Notes under the pieces: generated by a model | The model's database searches: none | Told to the model about the DNA's origin: nothing | What the model saw: the letters and a program-made list of their open reading frames with translations, nothing else | Translations under genes and position numbers: made by a program | Origin: a virus | Taxonomy: Duplodnaviria > Heunggongvirae > Uroviricota > Caudoviricetes | Reading direction: 5' to 3' (one strand) | IMG/VR virus record: IMGVR_UViG_3300029517_000186 | DNA: 29,452 nt | In this document: positions 1 through 8,567 of the stretch, one piece after another | Position numbering within the stretch: the first letter of the stretch is position 1 | How the letters are laid out: each line of letters begins with the position of its first letter

Positions 1-88
1 TATGTATGGATATTTCTTTCCAGCTCATTTTCGTAAAATCATACCCGAATTCTTCCTTGATTTTTTTTGCTGTTCTTTGACTAATCAT
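1..88 (-). CDS. Hypothetical protein, 5' part only (runs off window)
   Basis: ATG at 88 with AAAGGAG SD and upstream TTTTCTGTCATAT motif; open frame MISQRTAKKIKEEFGYDFTKMSWKEISIH to the window edge. Confidence 0.7.
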   Translation of the reverse strand, partial: MISQRTAKKIKEEFGYDFTKMSWKEISIH

Positions 89-121
89 ATGCAATTCTCC
101 TTTATAATTTTGATACTAAGA

Positions 122-134
122 ATATGACAGAAAA
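122..134 (-). promoter_or_regulatory. Conserved TTTTCTGTCATAT motif (putative element-specific promoter)
   Basis: 19 nt upstream of AAGGAG; one of 11 copies/variants. Confidence 0.7.
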
Positions 135-162
135 AATACCAGTCACAGAAAGCGACTGGTAT
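131..162 (-). terminator. Intrinsic terminator fused to the motif
   Basis: ATACCAGTC/GACTGGTAT stem (136-162) followed by T6 on the minus strand. Confidence 0.75.
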
Positions 163-213
163 GTACTAAAAATATTAATAATAAATTACTGTTTATTACT
201 CTACTTCAATAGG

Positions 214-813
214 TTATTCCTGATGAGCAAAATGCTGAGCAAAATCATGCAAGCACTGTTCTTCATAGGCTGCTTTTTGTGTTTCTTCAAGAATAATTTC
301 ATCTATAGTATCATAGTTATTGGACATAGTATTATCTCCTTTAAAGTCTTTTAATACATTTTTACATCTTGGATCATTATTTGTTTCAGCAAGTTTGCGT
401 CTGTTTGAAAGATTATTCAGCTTATTTTGATAAGATTCTTTCCTTTTTTCTTTTTCCTTATCTGACAAAAATTCAAAATCAGGAGTAAATGTATATATAT
501 CCTCAAAATGATGAATCATGTCACTTATAAGAATCATTATTATTTCTTTTGGGGATTCTTCAAGTTTTACAAGTTTTGATGTTTCGTTATTAAAAATTAT
601 ATATGCAATATCTGGAGTTAGGCATAAAGTAGCTGTAGAATCTTCTTCATCAAAATAACAGATTGCTGTTTTTCTGTTTAAATAATCTTCACACATCTGC
701 ATTAAATCATTAGGAACATCTCTTAAGTACGAAGCTTTAATTTCTGTTCCCTCAACTCCAGTTTTATCAAAGCACATATTGAACCAACCAAAAATTATAT
801 TTTTAATTATCAT
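214..813 (-). CDS. Hypothetical protein (possibly a fusion with a 37-aa gene starting at 327)
   Basis: 199 aa ORF with AAAGGAG SD; internal in-frame AAAGGAG-N8-ATG at 327. Confidence 0.75.
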   Translation of the reverse strand: MIIKNIIFGWFNMCFDKTGVEGTEIKASYLRDVPNDLMQMCEDYLNRKTAICYFDEEDSTATLCLTPDIAYIIFNNETSKLVKLEESPKEIIMILISDMIHHFEDIYTFTPDFEFLSDKEKEKRKESYQNKLNNLSNRRKLAETNNDPRCKNVLKDFKGDNTMSNNYDTIDEIILEETQKAAYEEQCLHDFAQHFAHQE

Positions 814-935
814 ATAATTTAATCTCCTTTATTAATTATTTTACTTCTTTATTAATTAAATATTTTCCAAGACTAGCCTGCTCCTCATGCGAAGTATAGA
901 TATCACATGTTTCACCAATACAATGATGACAATTA

Positions 936-993
936 TTATCCCACGAAGCTTTAAGCTTCGGGGTTTTGCCGATATTATTTGATATTATAAAAT
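936..993. repeat. 58-bp direct repeat, copy 1 (partial hairpin)
   Basis: Identical to 24351-24408; contains the CGAAGCT-TTA-AGCTTCG palindrome. Confidence 0.9.
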
Positions 994-1081
994 GCGAATC
1001 TAATGCCAACTTTCACAAGTAAAACTTCTATCAATCAATTGCTTTATTGTTTTTTTTGTAAGAAATTTTGTAATTTTATAT

Positions 1082-1318
1082 TTAGCATTTTTTTAATTCA
1101 AATCCAAAATGATTAAACCCATATTTATTTGTTAACCAATCTGAAACGTCTGGATAATATGTGTCAAAATTTGTACCATCATAACCTGCAAGTAATTTTT
1201 CAGGAATACTAACTTCTTTTGGAAGATGTTCAAAAATTGTTTTTTTAGTACTTATTGTTACTGTATCATTCCACTCTTCATCATTGAAATCCCATTTAAT
1301 ATTCACTACTTTAAACAT
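1082..1318 (-). CDS. Small phage/plasmid-type hypothetical protein
   Basis: 78 aa, GAGG SD; NIKWD...LP.EV.IP...SDWL...YGF.H.GF pattern. Confidence 0.75.
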   Translation of the reverse strand: MFKVVNIKWDFNDEEWNDTVTISTKKTIFEHLPKEVSIPEKLLAGYDGTNFDTYYPDVSDWLTNKYGFNHFGFELKKC

Positions 1319-1331
1319 ATGTTGCCTCTAA

Positions 1332-1568
1332 TTAATTGTTAAAATGTATATCTAATACCATCTCTTGTTTTCTCCAATAAACAATCCATGATATCATAAG
1401 GAAAAATACAATCATCCATGAAAATCCCTTATGATTTATTGATACGATATGTTTCTCATTTTTTCTTATCCAATCAATAGCCTCTTTAGATGAATTATAT
1501 GTTTTTGTCTGTGTTTTATGAGTTGAAAGATTCCGTTTATTTTCTGCCCAAATAATATTTATTGTCAT
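1332..1568 (-). CDS. Hypothetical protein, probably frameshifted near 1420
   Basis: AAGGAG SD; after HKG an alternative frame reads FMDDCIFPYDIMDCLLEKTRDGIRYTF, which better matches the local acidic composition. Confidence 0.55.
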   Translation of the reverse strand: MTINIIWAENKRNLSTHKTQTKTYNSSKEAIDWIRKNEKHIVSINHKGFSWMIVFFLMISWIVYWRKQEMVLDIHFNN

Positions 1569-1612
1569 TAATTTATCTCCTTATATAAACAAAACAAATA
1601 TATGCTTTATAT

Positions 1613-1777
1613 TTATTCAAAATCTACATCATCATCTACAACCTGTGCATCATCAGGATCAGACCAATCAAATTCTTTATCAGACATATTATTTGCTTTT
1701 TCTATAGCTTCAGCATCTGTATCCGCTTCTACAATTGCATACCCATATTTGATTACCATAACTCTCATTTTAGCCAT
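1613..1777 (-). CDS. Small acidic hypothetical protein (54 aa, not in ORF track)
   Basis: MAKMRVMVIKYGYAIVEADTDAEAIEKANNMSDKEFDWSDPDDAQVVDDDVDFE; AAAGGT SD. Confidence 0.75.
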   Translation of the reverse strand: MAKMRVMVIKYGYAIVEADTDAEAIEKANNMSDKEFDWSDPDDAQVVDDDVDFE

Positions 1778-1855
1778 AATTATTACCTTTTACCTTTCTT
1801 TTAAGCTACTTTAACTTTTAATTTTCACATGATTTTATTCTTAATATTTTTAAGA

Positions 1856-2281
1856 TCAATCAATCTCATCACATTCCATTACATCAACATCCCAATTAAG
1901 TTCATCAATTGGTTTATCCCATAACTGATTATCATCTGCAATGTAATTCATTATCTTTGCGAAATCACTTGCTTTTAAGTTCTCCATTTCTTCTGTAAAA
2001 TTATAAGTTGACTGCATTGCATCATCGGTTTCATAAATATACATATTAATTGTATTATCGCTATTTATATTTGCCTTAATAAAACCAACCTCATTTTTAT
2101 AAAAAATGAAAAACACACATAGTCTATTATTACAATTCCAATCAAAAGGTGTGCTGTCGTTACCATTCATATAATGAATCGCCCCGTTTGCATCAAGCAT
2201 TTCATCTGTTATATTAGGACACATGTTTCGTGCAACCTTAAAAATTCTTTCAATTTCTCTTTTAAATTCATATCCGTTCAT
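1856..2281 (-). CDS. Hypothetical protein
   Basis: 141 aa ORF with AGGAG SD. Confidence 0.8.
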   Translation of the reverse strand: MNGYEFKREIERIFKVARNMCPNITDEMLDANGAIHYMNGNDSTPFDWNCNNRLCVFFIFYKNEVGFIKANINSDNTINMYIYETDDAMQSTYNFTEEMENLKASDFAKIMNYIADDNQLWDKPIDELNWDVDVMECDEID

Positions 2282-2397
2282 ACAACTTATCTCCTAAAAA
2301 TTTCATTTATATTTTTTATATTATTTTTACAGCTTACAATGTCCAATCTGCTGCTGTCATGTTCCATTTAAGATACCAAGCGGGAATTCTCGTTTAT

Positions 2398-2562
2398 TCA
2401 ATTGCCGAGATGTTGAATATGCTTTATACCTAAATAGTTAAGTAGATCAATCAATGCATCGTTATATCCATCACTATAACCAATACAATATTCATTTCTA
2501 TTCTCAATCAAGAAATTTTCTTCGTTGGCTGTTATTAAATCTAAAATTATTTGTTCGACCAT
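2398..2562 (-). CDS. Small hypothetical protein (54 aa, not in ORF track)
   Basis: MVEQIILDLITANEENFLIENRNEYCIGYSDGYNDALIDLLNYLGIKHIQHLGN; AAAGGAGG SD directly after the promoter motif. Confidence 0.75.
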   Translation of the reverse strand: MVEQIILDLITANEENFLIENRNEYCIGYSDGYNDALIDLLNYLGIKHIQHLGN

Positions 2563-2598
2563 ATTCTTTATCCTCCTTTAATAATTTATTTAATATAT

Positions 2599-2611
2599 AT
2601 ATGACAGAAAA
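2599..2611 (-). promoter_or_regulatory. TTTTCTGTCATAT motif
   Basis: 20 nt upstream of AAGGAG. Confidence 0.7.
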
Positions 2612-2641
2612 AATGGCAGTTAAGAGAATCTTAACTGCCAT
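2608..2641 (-). terminator. Intrinsic terminator fused to the motif
   Basis: Perfect 13-bp stem ATGGCAGTTAAGA/TCTTAACTGCCAT followed by a T-tract. Confidence 0.8.
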
Positions 2642-2889
2642 ATGTTTATTTATTTGAATTTTTGTAGTTTTTATAATGAGCCTTCCATTTTGCAGCATTC
2701 TTTTTGGACATTCCATTATGGATTAACTGCTTTTCAACTCTATCTTCAAAACATAAGTCTTTCCACCGTGTTTTCCCTTTAGCCATTATTCTTATCCTTT
2801 CCATTCAACAGATGATACTGTACAACTTTGTGTTCTCTATTCCAATTACTCATTGTACCTTTATATTTGAATATTATTTTGTTTAGTTA

Positions 2890-3078
2890 CTAAACTTTAA
2901 TATGTCTCACTGTATCATTTATAACTTCTGCTACATCATAATATCTATCAAGATCTGCCTTAATATTATTAACCAAAATAGCTTCTTCTGATGATTCATC
3001 AGAATTTTGTAAATACAACAAATCTTTTGCTCTTTCGAGTTCATCAATTAGATTGTCTACCAAATCACTTCCGTTCAT
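2890..3078 (-). CDS. Hypothetical protein
   Basis: 62 aa acidic ORF, AAGGA SD. Confidence 0.7.
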   Translation of the reverse strand: MNGSDLVDNLIDELERAKDLLYLQNSDESSEEAILVNNIKADLDRYYDVAEVINDTVRHIKV

Positions 3079-3213
3079 TTCTTTTCATTCCTTCTTTTCT
3101 TGTACAATTCCTACACATATTTAATAGTAAGCTCATTTTAAAATTTTCTTCTCTTCTCTTTTGATACTGTGCTTTTTATCAAAAGCTTCAGCAGCTTTTT
3201 GCATACCTTATCA

Positions 3214-3229
3214 AGAAATCTTAGTTTCA
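3214..3229. repeat. 16-bp junction palindrome (putative att-like site)
   Basis: AGAAATCTTAGTTTCA just downstream of gene 3239-3886. Confidence 0.6.
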
Positions 3230-3238
3230 ACTGCCTAT

Positions 3239-3886
3239 TTAAATATGACAATCAACAACTGTTACTACTGTGTCTTCGTCCAAACTATCAATAAATTCTT
3301 TAAATTCAGTTTCCCAATCTTTCTCTTCCTTTTCGTTAGAAACTATAGCCCACCAACCCATTTTGCCTTTTTCATGCCATTCTCCATTAGGAGCAATAAA
3401 TGCAAATGGTGTACTTTCTTTCCAGTCAATTTTATTCACATACGCTTCGTTTACCTGTTCTCCATCTAATGTCTTAATGTGCTTATTCCATCTTCCTCCA
3501 ACACTATACCAATCCCATTTTGAATTTGGATTGTATGTAGAAAGTAAATCCCCGTTTGGCTTAATCATGTCTTCACTAAAACGATCTTTCATATCTTCAT
3601 AACATTCATCGTCTGTCCAATTCATTTTCTTTGGAAATGTATTTTTAAGATAATTTATATGATTTTCGTTGCTACAACTTTCTTCATATGCCTTTGGATC
3701 TGATAAATATTTTGCATACAATCCATTTTTATAATCTTCAATTTCTTTTCTAATTTCAGCTATTGCCTGTTCTCTTGTATACTTAACATATGGAGCATAT
3801 TCAATATTTTCATCAAATGGAGCAAGCAACTCCTCAACTGATTTCCCGTTTTCTTTTGTAAATACTAATGTAATAAAATGTGACAT
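3239..3886 (-). CDS. Conserved phage-type protein of unknown function
   Basis: 215 aa; STYNPNSKWDWYSVGGRW, W.E.G.MGWW and terminal VVDCHI motifs of a phage hypothetical family recognised from memory; AAGGAGG SD. Confidence 0.85.
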   Translation of the reverse strand: MSHFITLVFTKENGKSVEELLAPFDENIEYAPYVKYTREQAIAEIRKEIEDYKNGLYAKYLSDPKAYEESCSNENHINYLKNTFPKKMNWTDDECYEDMKDRFSEDMIKPNGDLLSTYNPNSKWDWYSVGGRWNKHIKTLDGEQVNEAYVNKIDWKESTPFAFIAPNGEWHEKGKMGWWAIVSNEKEEKDWETEFKEFIDSLDEDTVVTVVDCHI

Positions 3887-3911
3887 AATTTATCCTCCTT
3901 TTCCTTTCTGT

Positions 3912-3927
3912 TGAAATGCGAATTTCA
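3912..3927. repeat. 16-bp junction palindrome (putative att-like site)
   Basis: TGAAATGCGAATTTCA; contains the TGA stop of the upstream remnant. Confidence 0.65.
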
Positions 3928-4085
3928 AATACTATCATTATCATCAGATACTTTTGTTACTCTGTTTTTAAAATTTTTTAACGCCTTACTGCATCTTGAA
4001 TTATCGTTAATTTCAGCAATTCCATTTTTAACGTAGTTCCAATTACTTTCTGCCGTATCGTTTTTTTATCAAAATATGTTTTCAT
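3925..4085 (-). pseudogene. Truncated/frameshifted paralog of the C-terminus of gene 4402-4752
   Basis: AESNWNYVKNGIAEINDNSRCSKALKNFKNRVTKVSDDNDSI aligns with AEISWEYITSGISTINDDSRCENALIEFKNRVAEATDDDDCI; out of frame with ATG 4085 across an A7 run. Confidence 0.7.
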
Positions 4086-4144
4086 ACAAATACTTCTAAG
4101 CATAGGAAATACGCTTTTATGTGTTTATTTTTATTTTTTCTACA

Positions 4145-4369
4145 TTACAAATTCATATTAAAACTAATATCATATGAAAAATCTTCCCATTTAAAATCAT
4201 AGGTATCGCATACATAGTCCATAAGATCACAGCAATCTAAAAAATGAAATTCCTTTTGTGCATCAATTATTACCTGGTTTACATATTCTCTTGTATCATC
4301 CGCAAAAACTAAAAATAACAATGGGTCCTCGTCATCTATCCTGTGAATTGCTACAATGTATCTATTCAT
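4145..4369 (-). CDS. Hypothetical protein
   Basis: 74 aa, AAAGGAG SD. Confidence 0.75.
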   Translation of the reverse strand: MNRYIVAIHRIDDEDPLLFLVFADDTREYVNQVIIDAQKEFHFLDCCDLMDYVCDTYDFKWEDFSYDISFNMNL

Positions 4370-4401
4370 ATACTTATCTCCTTTTTAATACCTTGTTAAG
4401 T

Positions 4402-4752
4402 TTAAATACAATCGTCATCATCAGTAGCTTCAGCAACTCTGTTTTTAAATTCTATTAATGCATTTTCGCATCTTGAATCATCATTAATTGTACTAATTCC
4501 ACTTGTAATATATTCCCAACTGATTTCTGCATCAACTATTATACTGCGAACATAATTAGATATTTCTGGCGTATCGTTTAATGCTGCAAACAATCTATTG
4601 ATATTTGCTATAGCATTACCTGCTTCGCACTGATTAGCGAAACATCTATCAGAGCATTCAATTCTTTCTAGTGCCATGATCTCCTGTATAAGTTCTTCTT
4701 TTGATTTTTTGCTATAATCTGTTACTATTTTGTTGTAAATGAACTTTTTCAT
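4402..4752 (-). CDS. Hypothetical protein
   Basis: 116 aa, AAAGGAG SD, first gene after the promoter motif. Confidence 0.8.
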   Translation of the reverse strand: MKKFIYNKIVTDYSKKSKEELIQEIMALERIECSDRCFANQCEAGNAIANINRLFAALNDTPEISNYVRSIIVDAEISWEYITSGISTINDDSRCENALIEFKNRVAEATDDDDCI

Positions 4753-4787
4753 ATCTTTGTCTCCTTTAAATAAATTATTTAATGAAA

Positions 4788-4800
4788 ATATGACAGAAAA
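4788..4800 (-). promoter_or_regulatory. TTTTCTGTCATAT motif
   Basis: 21 nt upstream of AAGGAG. Confidence 0.7.
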
Positions 4801-4824
4801 ATAAAATTAATAAATTAACATATA

Positions 4825-4870
4825 TATCAAAAAAAAGCTCCTATGAATTCACATAGAAGCTTTTTTGATA
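4825..4870 (-). terminator. Intrinsic terminator (potentially bidirectional)
   Basis: AAAAAAGCTCCTATG...CATAGAAGCTTTTTT stem with A/T tracts on both sides, after gene 4881-5330. Confidence 0.75.
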
Positions 4871-4880
4871 ATTTGTTTAC

Positions 4881-5330
4881 CTATTTCTTAGTTTCTTTTA
4901 CGCTTAATGTTCCAGGTTCTATTGCATGGAAATATAATGCAGAACAATAATCATTATCAATTGATAATTCAAAGCACTTATCCTGTTCATTATATGTAAT
5001 CTGTCCTTCTAAAGTAGCTAATCCAGATTTTCGTATATTATCTGGTTTAAATCTCCAATTTGTTGCATTTACATCAAATGTACAGAAGTCTCCTTCATGT
5101 AATGGCTTTCCAAAATCATCATAGCCTATGACTCTTTTAGAAGTTTCTAAATCCTTTTCTTTTAATTTTTCAATAAAGTTGAATACTTTTTCATATGCGT
5201 TCATTTCTCCTGCATACCAGCCTTCATCATATCCAGCAGCAGCCATATTTGATTTTTTTGCACTTTCTTCTAATGATTCATTTAATAATTTGCTTACTTC
5301 TGATTCAATGCTTTCTATAATATTTTCCAT
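4881..5330 (-). CDS. Hypothetical protein with YopX-like C-terminal segment
   Basis: IGYDDFGKPLHEGDF...GQITYNE resembles the G..D..G..I.EGD motif of YopX proteins; TAGGAG SD. Confidence 0.7.
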   Translation of the reverse strand: MENIIESIESEVSKLLNESLEESAKKSNMAAAGYDEGWYAGEMNAYEKVFNFIEKLKEKDLETSKRVIGYDDFGKPLHEGDFCTFDVNATNWRFKPDNIRKSGLATLEGQITYNEQDKCFELSIDNDYCSALYFHAIEPGTLSVKETKK

Positions 5331-5345
5331 AATTTAATAATTCTC

Positions 5346-6311
5346 CTATCTCTCTTCTAAATCAATATCATTATCTCTTTCTGGCTCAGTAACCTTTTGA
5401 ATAGCATCAAAATCTTTAAAACCCACAAGCTTATTTATACCTTCACATTCTATAAGGTGTTCTATATTCTTACATGAATTAATCCAGTCTAAAGAATTAA
5501 TATAATAAAATGGACGCTTTCTATCATAAGAAAAATAGGCACTCTGATAAAATTCATCTTCAGCTTCAAACTTATCATAATGCATTAATGATAAAATCAT
5601 CATTTGATATTCAGGCTCATTATTAATCTCAATAGCAGTCTCTTTATTTATAAAACCATCCATTATGGCATCCGGTATTTTTTCAATTTGAGAAATCTTA
5701 TAAATATCTTCAAAACCAACAGGTACTTTATCATATAAATCATATGGGAAATCCCATGTTGATGAATACCTTGTAAGACTTTTATTGTCATCTATAAAAT
5801 AATATTTATTTTCCGGAAAATAAGATATAGAATTAATGTCTAAATTGTTCTTAAAATTTTCTAAAAATATCTGATATTCTAACTCACTGTTTATTTCAAT
5901 TATTATTCTTGAATCTAAAAATAAGTCCTTTATAATATCTGATATCTGAAATTTTGGATTATCATTATCCCTATCCTTATATACAGAATGCTCTGCTAAT
6001 TCAGCTCCACCACTGTATTTATCAAACATATCAGCCCATATATCTTCTCTTAATGTTCCGGCTTTGTATTTATCCCAGTCGTTACATAATACTAAATCAC
6101 CATTATCATTTTCTACAAATAAAACGTCTTCTAATTCATCCCATTTTTCTTCAAGCTCAATATCCGTTTTAAGCTGGTCTAATACACTTTCCCATTTATC
6201 TGTTTTGTAATTGACATATATAAGTGCATCTTCAAAGTTTTTTGCTTTAGAATCCATCTGACATTTATGGGCTTTAATAAAATTATCCAGTCTTTCTGTA
6301 TCAATTATCAT
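5346..6311 (-). CDS. Modular paralog-family protein (domain A + 2x domain B)
   Basis: 321 aa; N-terminus shared with 6844-8523, repeats shared with 8568-9848; ends DIDLEER. Confidence 0.9.
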   Translation of the reverse strand: MIIDTERLDNFIKAHKCQMDSKAKNFEDALIYVNYKTDKWESVLDQLKTDIELEEKWDELEDVLFVENDNGDLVLCNDWDKYKAGTLREDIWADMFDKYSGGAELAEHSVYKDRDNDNPKFQISDIIKDLFLDSRIIIEINSELEYQIFLENFKNNLDINSISYFPENKYYFIDDNKSLTRYSSTWDFPYDLYDKVPVGFEDIYKISQIEKIPDAIMDGFINKETAIEINNEPEYQMMILSLMHYDKFEAEDEFYQSAYFSYDRKRPFYYINSLDWINSCKNIEHLIECEGINKLVGFKDFDAIQKVTEPERDNDIDLEER

Positions 6312-6338
6312 AGTATTATCTCCTTATCATTATAATTT

Positions 6339-6767
6339 TTATCTTTCTTCATTCAAATCAATACTCTGATTATTTGAATTATCTGTATTTGATTTTATAT
6401 ATTCAGGCTCTTTATTTTCTCCTATTAAATCCAGACAATTATTTAAAATCTCAAGTGTATTAATATTTGTATCATAAAAATTCTGAATATTGACCTGTTT
6501 AATTTTTGAATAAATATGCCCTATAATTTTATTTTTATGGGCTCTGTTATAATCTTCTTTATCAGGGATTCTTATGCTTTTGCTTCTGCTCCATATATCT
6601 CTGTTTCCCATCTGTCTGCCATATTTATCAAACTGATAGTCTGTATATATATCTAACTTTATTCTTCCGGTTGGAGTAATTTTTATTACTGTTCCTATTT
6701 TATCTTCTGTTGGAAGTCCATTAGTTATAAGTACTTTATCTCCTATTTTAAGTTTTAATTCATTCAT
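6339..6767 (-). CDS. Hypothetical protein with N-terminal SH3/KOW-like beta barrel
   Basis: LKIGDKVLI...GTVIKITPTGRIK pattern; ends IDLNEER. Confidence 0.8.
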   Translation of the reverse strand: MNELKLKIGDKVLITNGLPTEDKIGTVIKITPTGRIKLDIYTDYQFDKYGRQMGNRDIWSRSKSIRIPDKEDYNRAHKNKIIGHIYSKIKQVNIQNFYDTNINTLEILNNCLDLIGENKEPEYIKSNTDNSNNQSIDLNEER

Positions 6768-6803
6768 AATATTTTATTCCTTCTGTTTTGTTTTTTTGTT
6801 TAG

Positions 6804-6839
6804 AAGGCTCTAACTGTTATTTTTTCCAGCTAAAGCCTT
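6804..6839 (-). other. Intergenic stem-loop
   Basis: Minus strand AAGGCTTTAGCTG/CAGTTAGAGCCTT 13-bp stem with G-U pairs; no U-tract on the minus strand. Confidence 0.55.
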
Positions 6840-6843
6840 ATTT

Positions 6844-8523
6844 TTAATCTAAATCTATAACAGGTTCATCTTCCTGTTTATTATCTTGTTTATCCTTATC
6901 TATTAAATCAGAAAAATTATAGCAATGCTCTATGCAATGAACGCTATTTATATTATTAAAATTATGGTTTGCTTTAAGCCTACCAGAAATTCTGTCAATA
7001 TAGAAATATGGAAATCTTGAATTATAATGTATATAAACGGGTGCTTTTACATCTTTATTTTGTAGCTGGGATAAAAGTATATCAAGTTCTTCCTGTGAAT
7101 TTATCTTAATTGCGATATCACCATTACAAAAGTTTTTAATATAGGAGTTTGTAATTAACTTGCTTATATCCTCTGGTTTAAGATTTATCAAAGTATCAAG
7201 TTTAAATGCATCCCCATCAACATCTGCTGTAAGATAAGCTTCTCCTGATGCCGGATTCAATTTCTTATATGGAAATATTATTTTTAAACCTACTTCCTTT
7301 GCAGCTTCAACAGTTTCTTTTTCATAAGCTTCTGCTATATAAGAGTTATCCTTTGGAAGTCTGAAATATAATATTGATGTCATGTCCTCATCACATTCTT
7401 CTCCAGCCTCAAGTTTATGCTCTATATCTTCTCTTCCAATATATTCAGCCTGTGATAACAGGGCTTTTGTATTATGTTTTTCATTATTTGAAGGTATATC
7501 CAATTCTATATTCTTTTCTCCTATTTTATAATATTCATTCGGAATGTCTTTTACAATAAAACAACCACCTCTTCTACTTTTACCTTTATCTTTCTTATGC
7601 TGTTGGATTTCTTTTATTAAGTTATTGAGACTTATTGTGGAATATTTAACTTTTTCATTATATCCATCTTCGTATTTTTTTATAAAAAGGTTATCATTAT
7701 CCGTCTTATAAATTTCTGTTGTATCACTCCATATTTGGTCGCCATCATTAAACTCATAACCATACTCAGCTATTTTTTTATCCTTAAAACACATTGATTT
7801 ATATTTACTTTGTTCAAGGATTGTTGAAAAATCTGTATAAATCATAAATTGAAACTTAAATGGAATTGTCTTAAAGTTACTGCAAGTTATATCATTATTT
7901 TTAAACCAGTAAGGCTTATTTGAATTATATTCAGGAATAATCCCAGTATAAGAGAATCTAGCTATATTATAGGCTAATATATCTCTTTCTTCCTTATTAT
8001 CTATTACAAAGACAATTTTTTCATTCATATATTTTGACATAATATTATCGGGTATTCTTATTTCACCACTATCATATTTCTTCTTTAAATTCTGATTGTT
8101 AAGTATATTCATATAAGGAGTCTCTTTATTATTGTTCCTCTCTACTGTTTCATAATTAACATCTTCATATTCTGTACTATATGTAAACTCTGCTCCTTTA
8201 CTATGAAGATTAAACATATCTTTCCAGATTGGTTCTCTTGGTGTACCTGCTTCATATGAATATATCTTTTCATTTATCGTAAATTCATAAGGTCCAGCTA
8301 ATACTAAATCTCCATCCTTATTTTCAACAAATAACACATCCTCAAGTGCATCATAAGTTTTCTCAACTTCGATATCAGTCTGTAGCTGCTTGAATACGCT
8401 CTCGTATCTGTTTGTGGTAAAATCCGGATAAGTTACCTTATCTTCCAAGGTCTTCTCTTCGTTTATTATGTGGCAGCTATGTGTTTTTAAAAAATCTTCA
8501 ATTCTCTGAGTATCAATCAACAT
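6844..8523 (-). CDS. Modular paralog-family protein (domain A + B + unique region + B)
   Basis: 559 aa; MLIDTQRIEDFLKTH...LEDVLFVENKDGDLVL shared with 5346-6311; AAAGGAG SD. Confidence 0.9.
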   Translation of the reverse strand: MLIDTQRIEDFLKTHSCHIINEEKTLEDKVTYPDFTTNRYESVFKQLQTDIEVEKTYDALEDVLFVENKDGDLVLAGPYEFTINEKIYSYEAGTPREPIWKDMFNLHSKGAEFTYSTEYEDVNYETVERNNNKETPYMNILNNQNLKKKYDSGEIRIPDNIMSKYMNEKIVFVIDNKEERDILAYNIARFSYTGIIPEYNSNKPYWFKNNDITCSNFKTIPFKFQFMIYTDFSTILEQSKYKSMCFKDKKIAEYGYEFNDGDQIWSDTTEIYKTDNDNLFIKKYEDGYNEKVKYSTISLNNLIKEIQQHKKDKGKSRRGGCFIVKDIPNEYYKIGEKNIELDIPSNNEKHNTKALLSQAEYIGREDIEHKLEAGEECDEDMTSILYFRLPKDNSYIAEAYEKETVEAAKEVGLKIIFPYKKLNPASGEAYLTADVDGDAFKLDTLINLKPEDISKLITNSYIKNFCNGDIAIKINSQEELDILLSQLQNKDVKAPVYIHYNSRFPYFYIDRISGRLKANHNFNNINSVHCIEHCYNFSDLIDKDKQDNKQEDEPVIDLD

Positions 8524-8567
8524 AATTTTTCTCTCCTTTTCATTTTTATGTATTGGCTTCTTATCTG

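Noticed and set aside
871..880. GACTAGCCT as part of an IscB omegaRNA/HEARO
   Set aside because: It is an isolated 9-mer inside a headless coding fragment, with no other conserved omegaRNA blocks.
2504..2716. 70-aa minus-strand ORF
   Set aside because: It runs through a terminator, the promoter motif and the SD of the real 54-aa gene; it is probably a decayed remnant.
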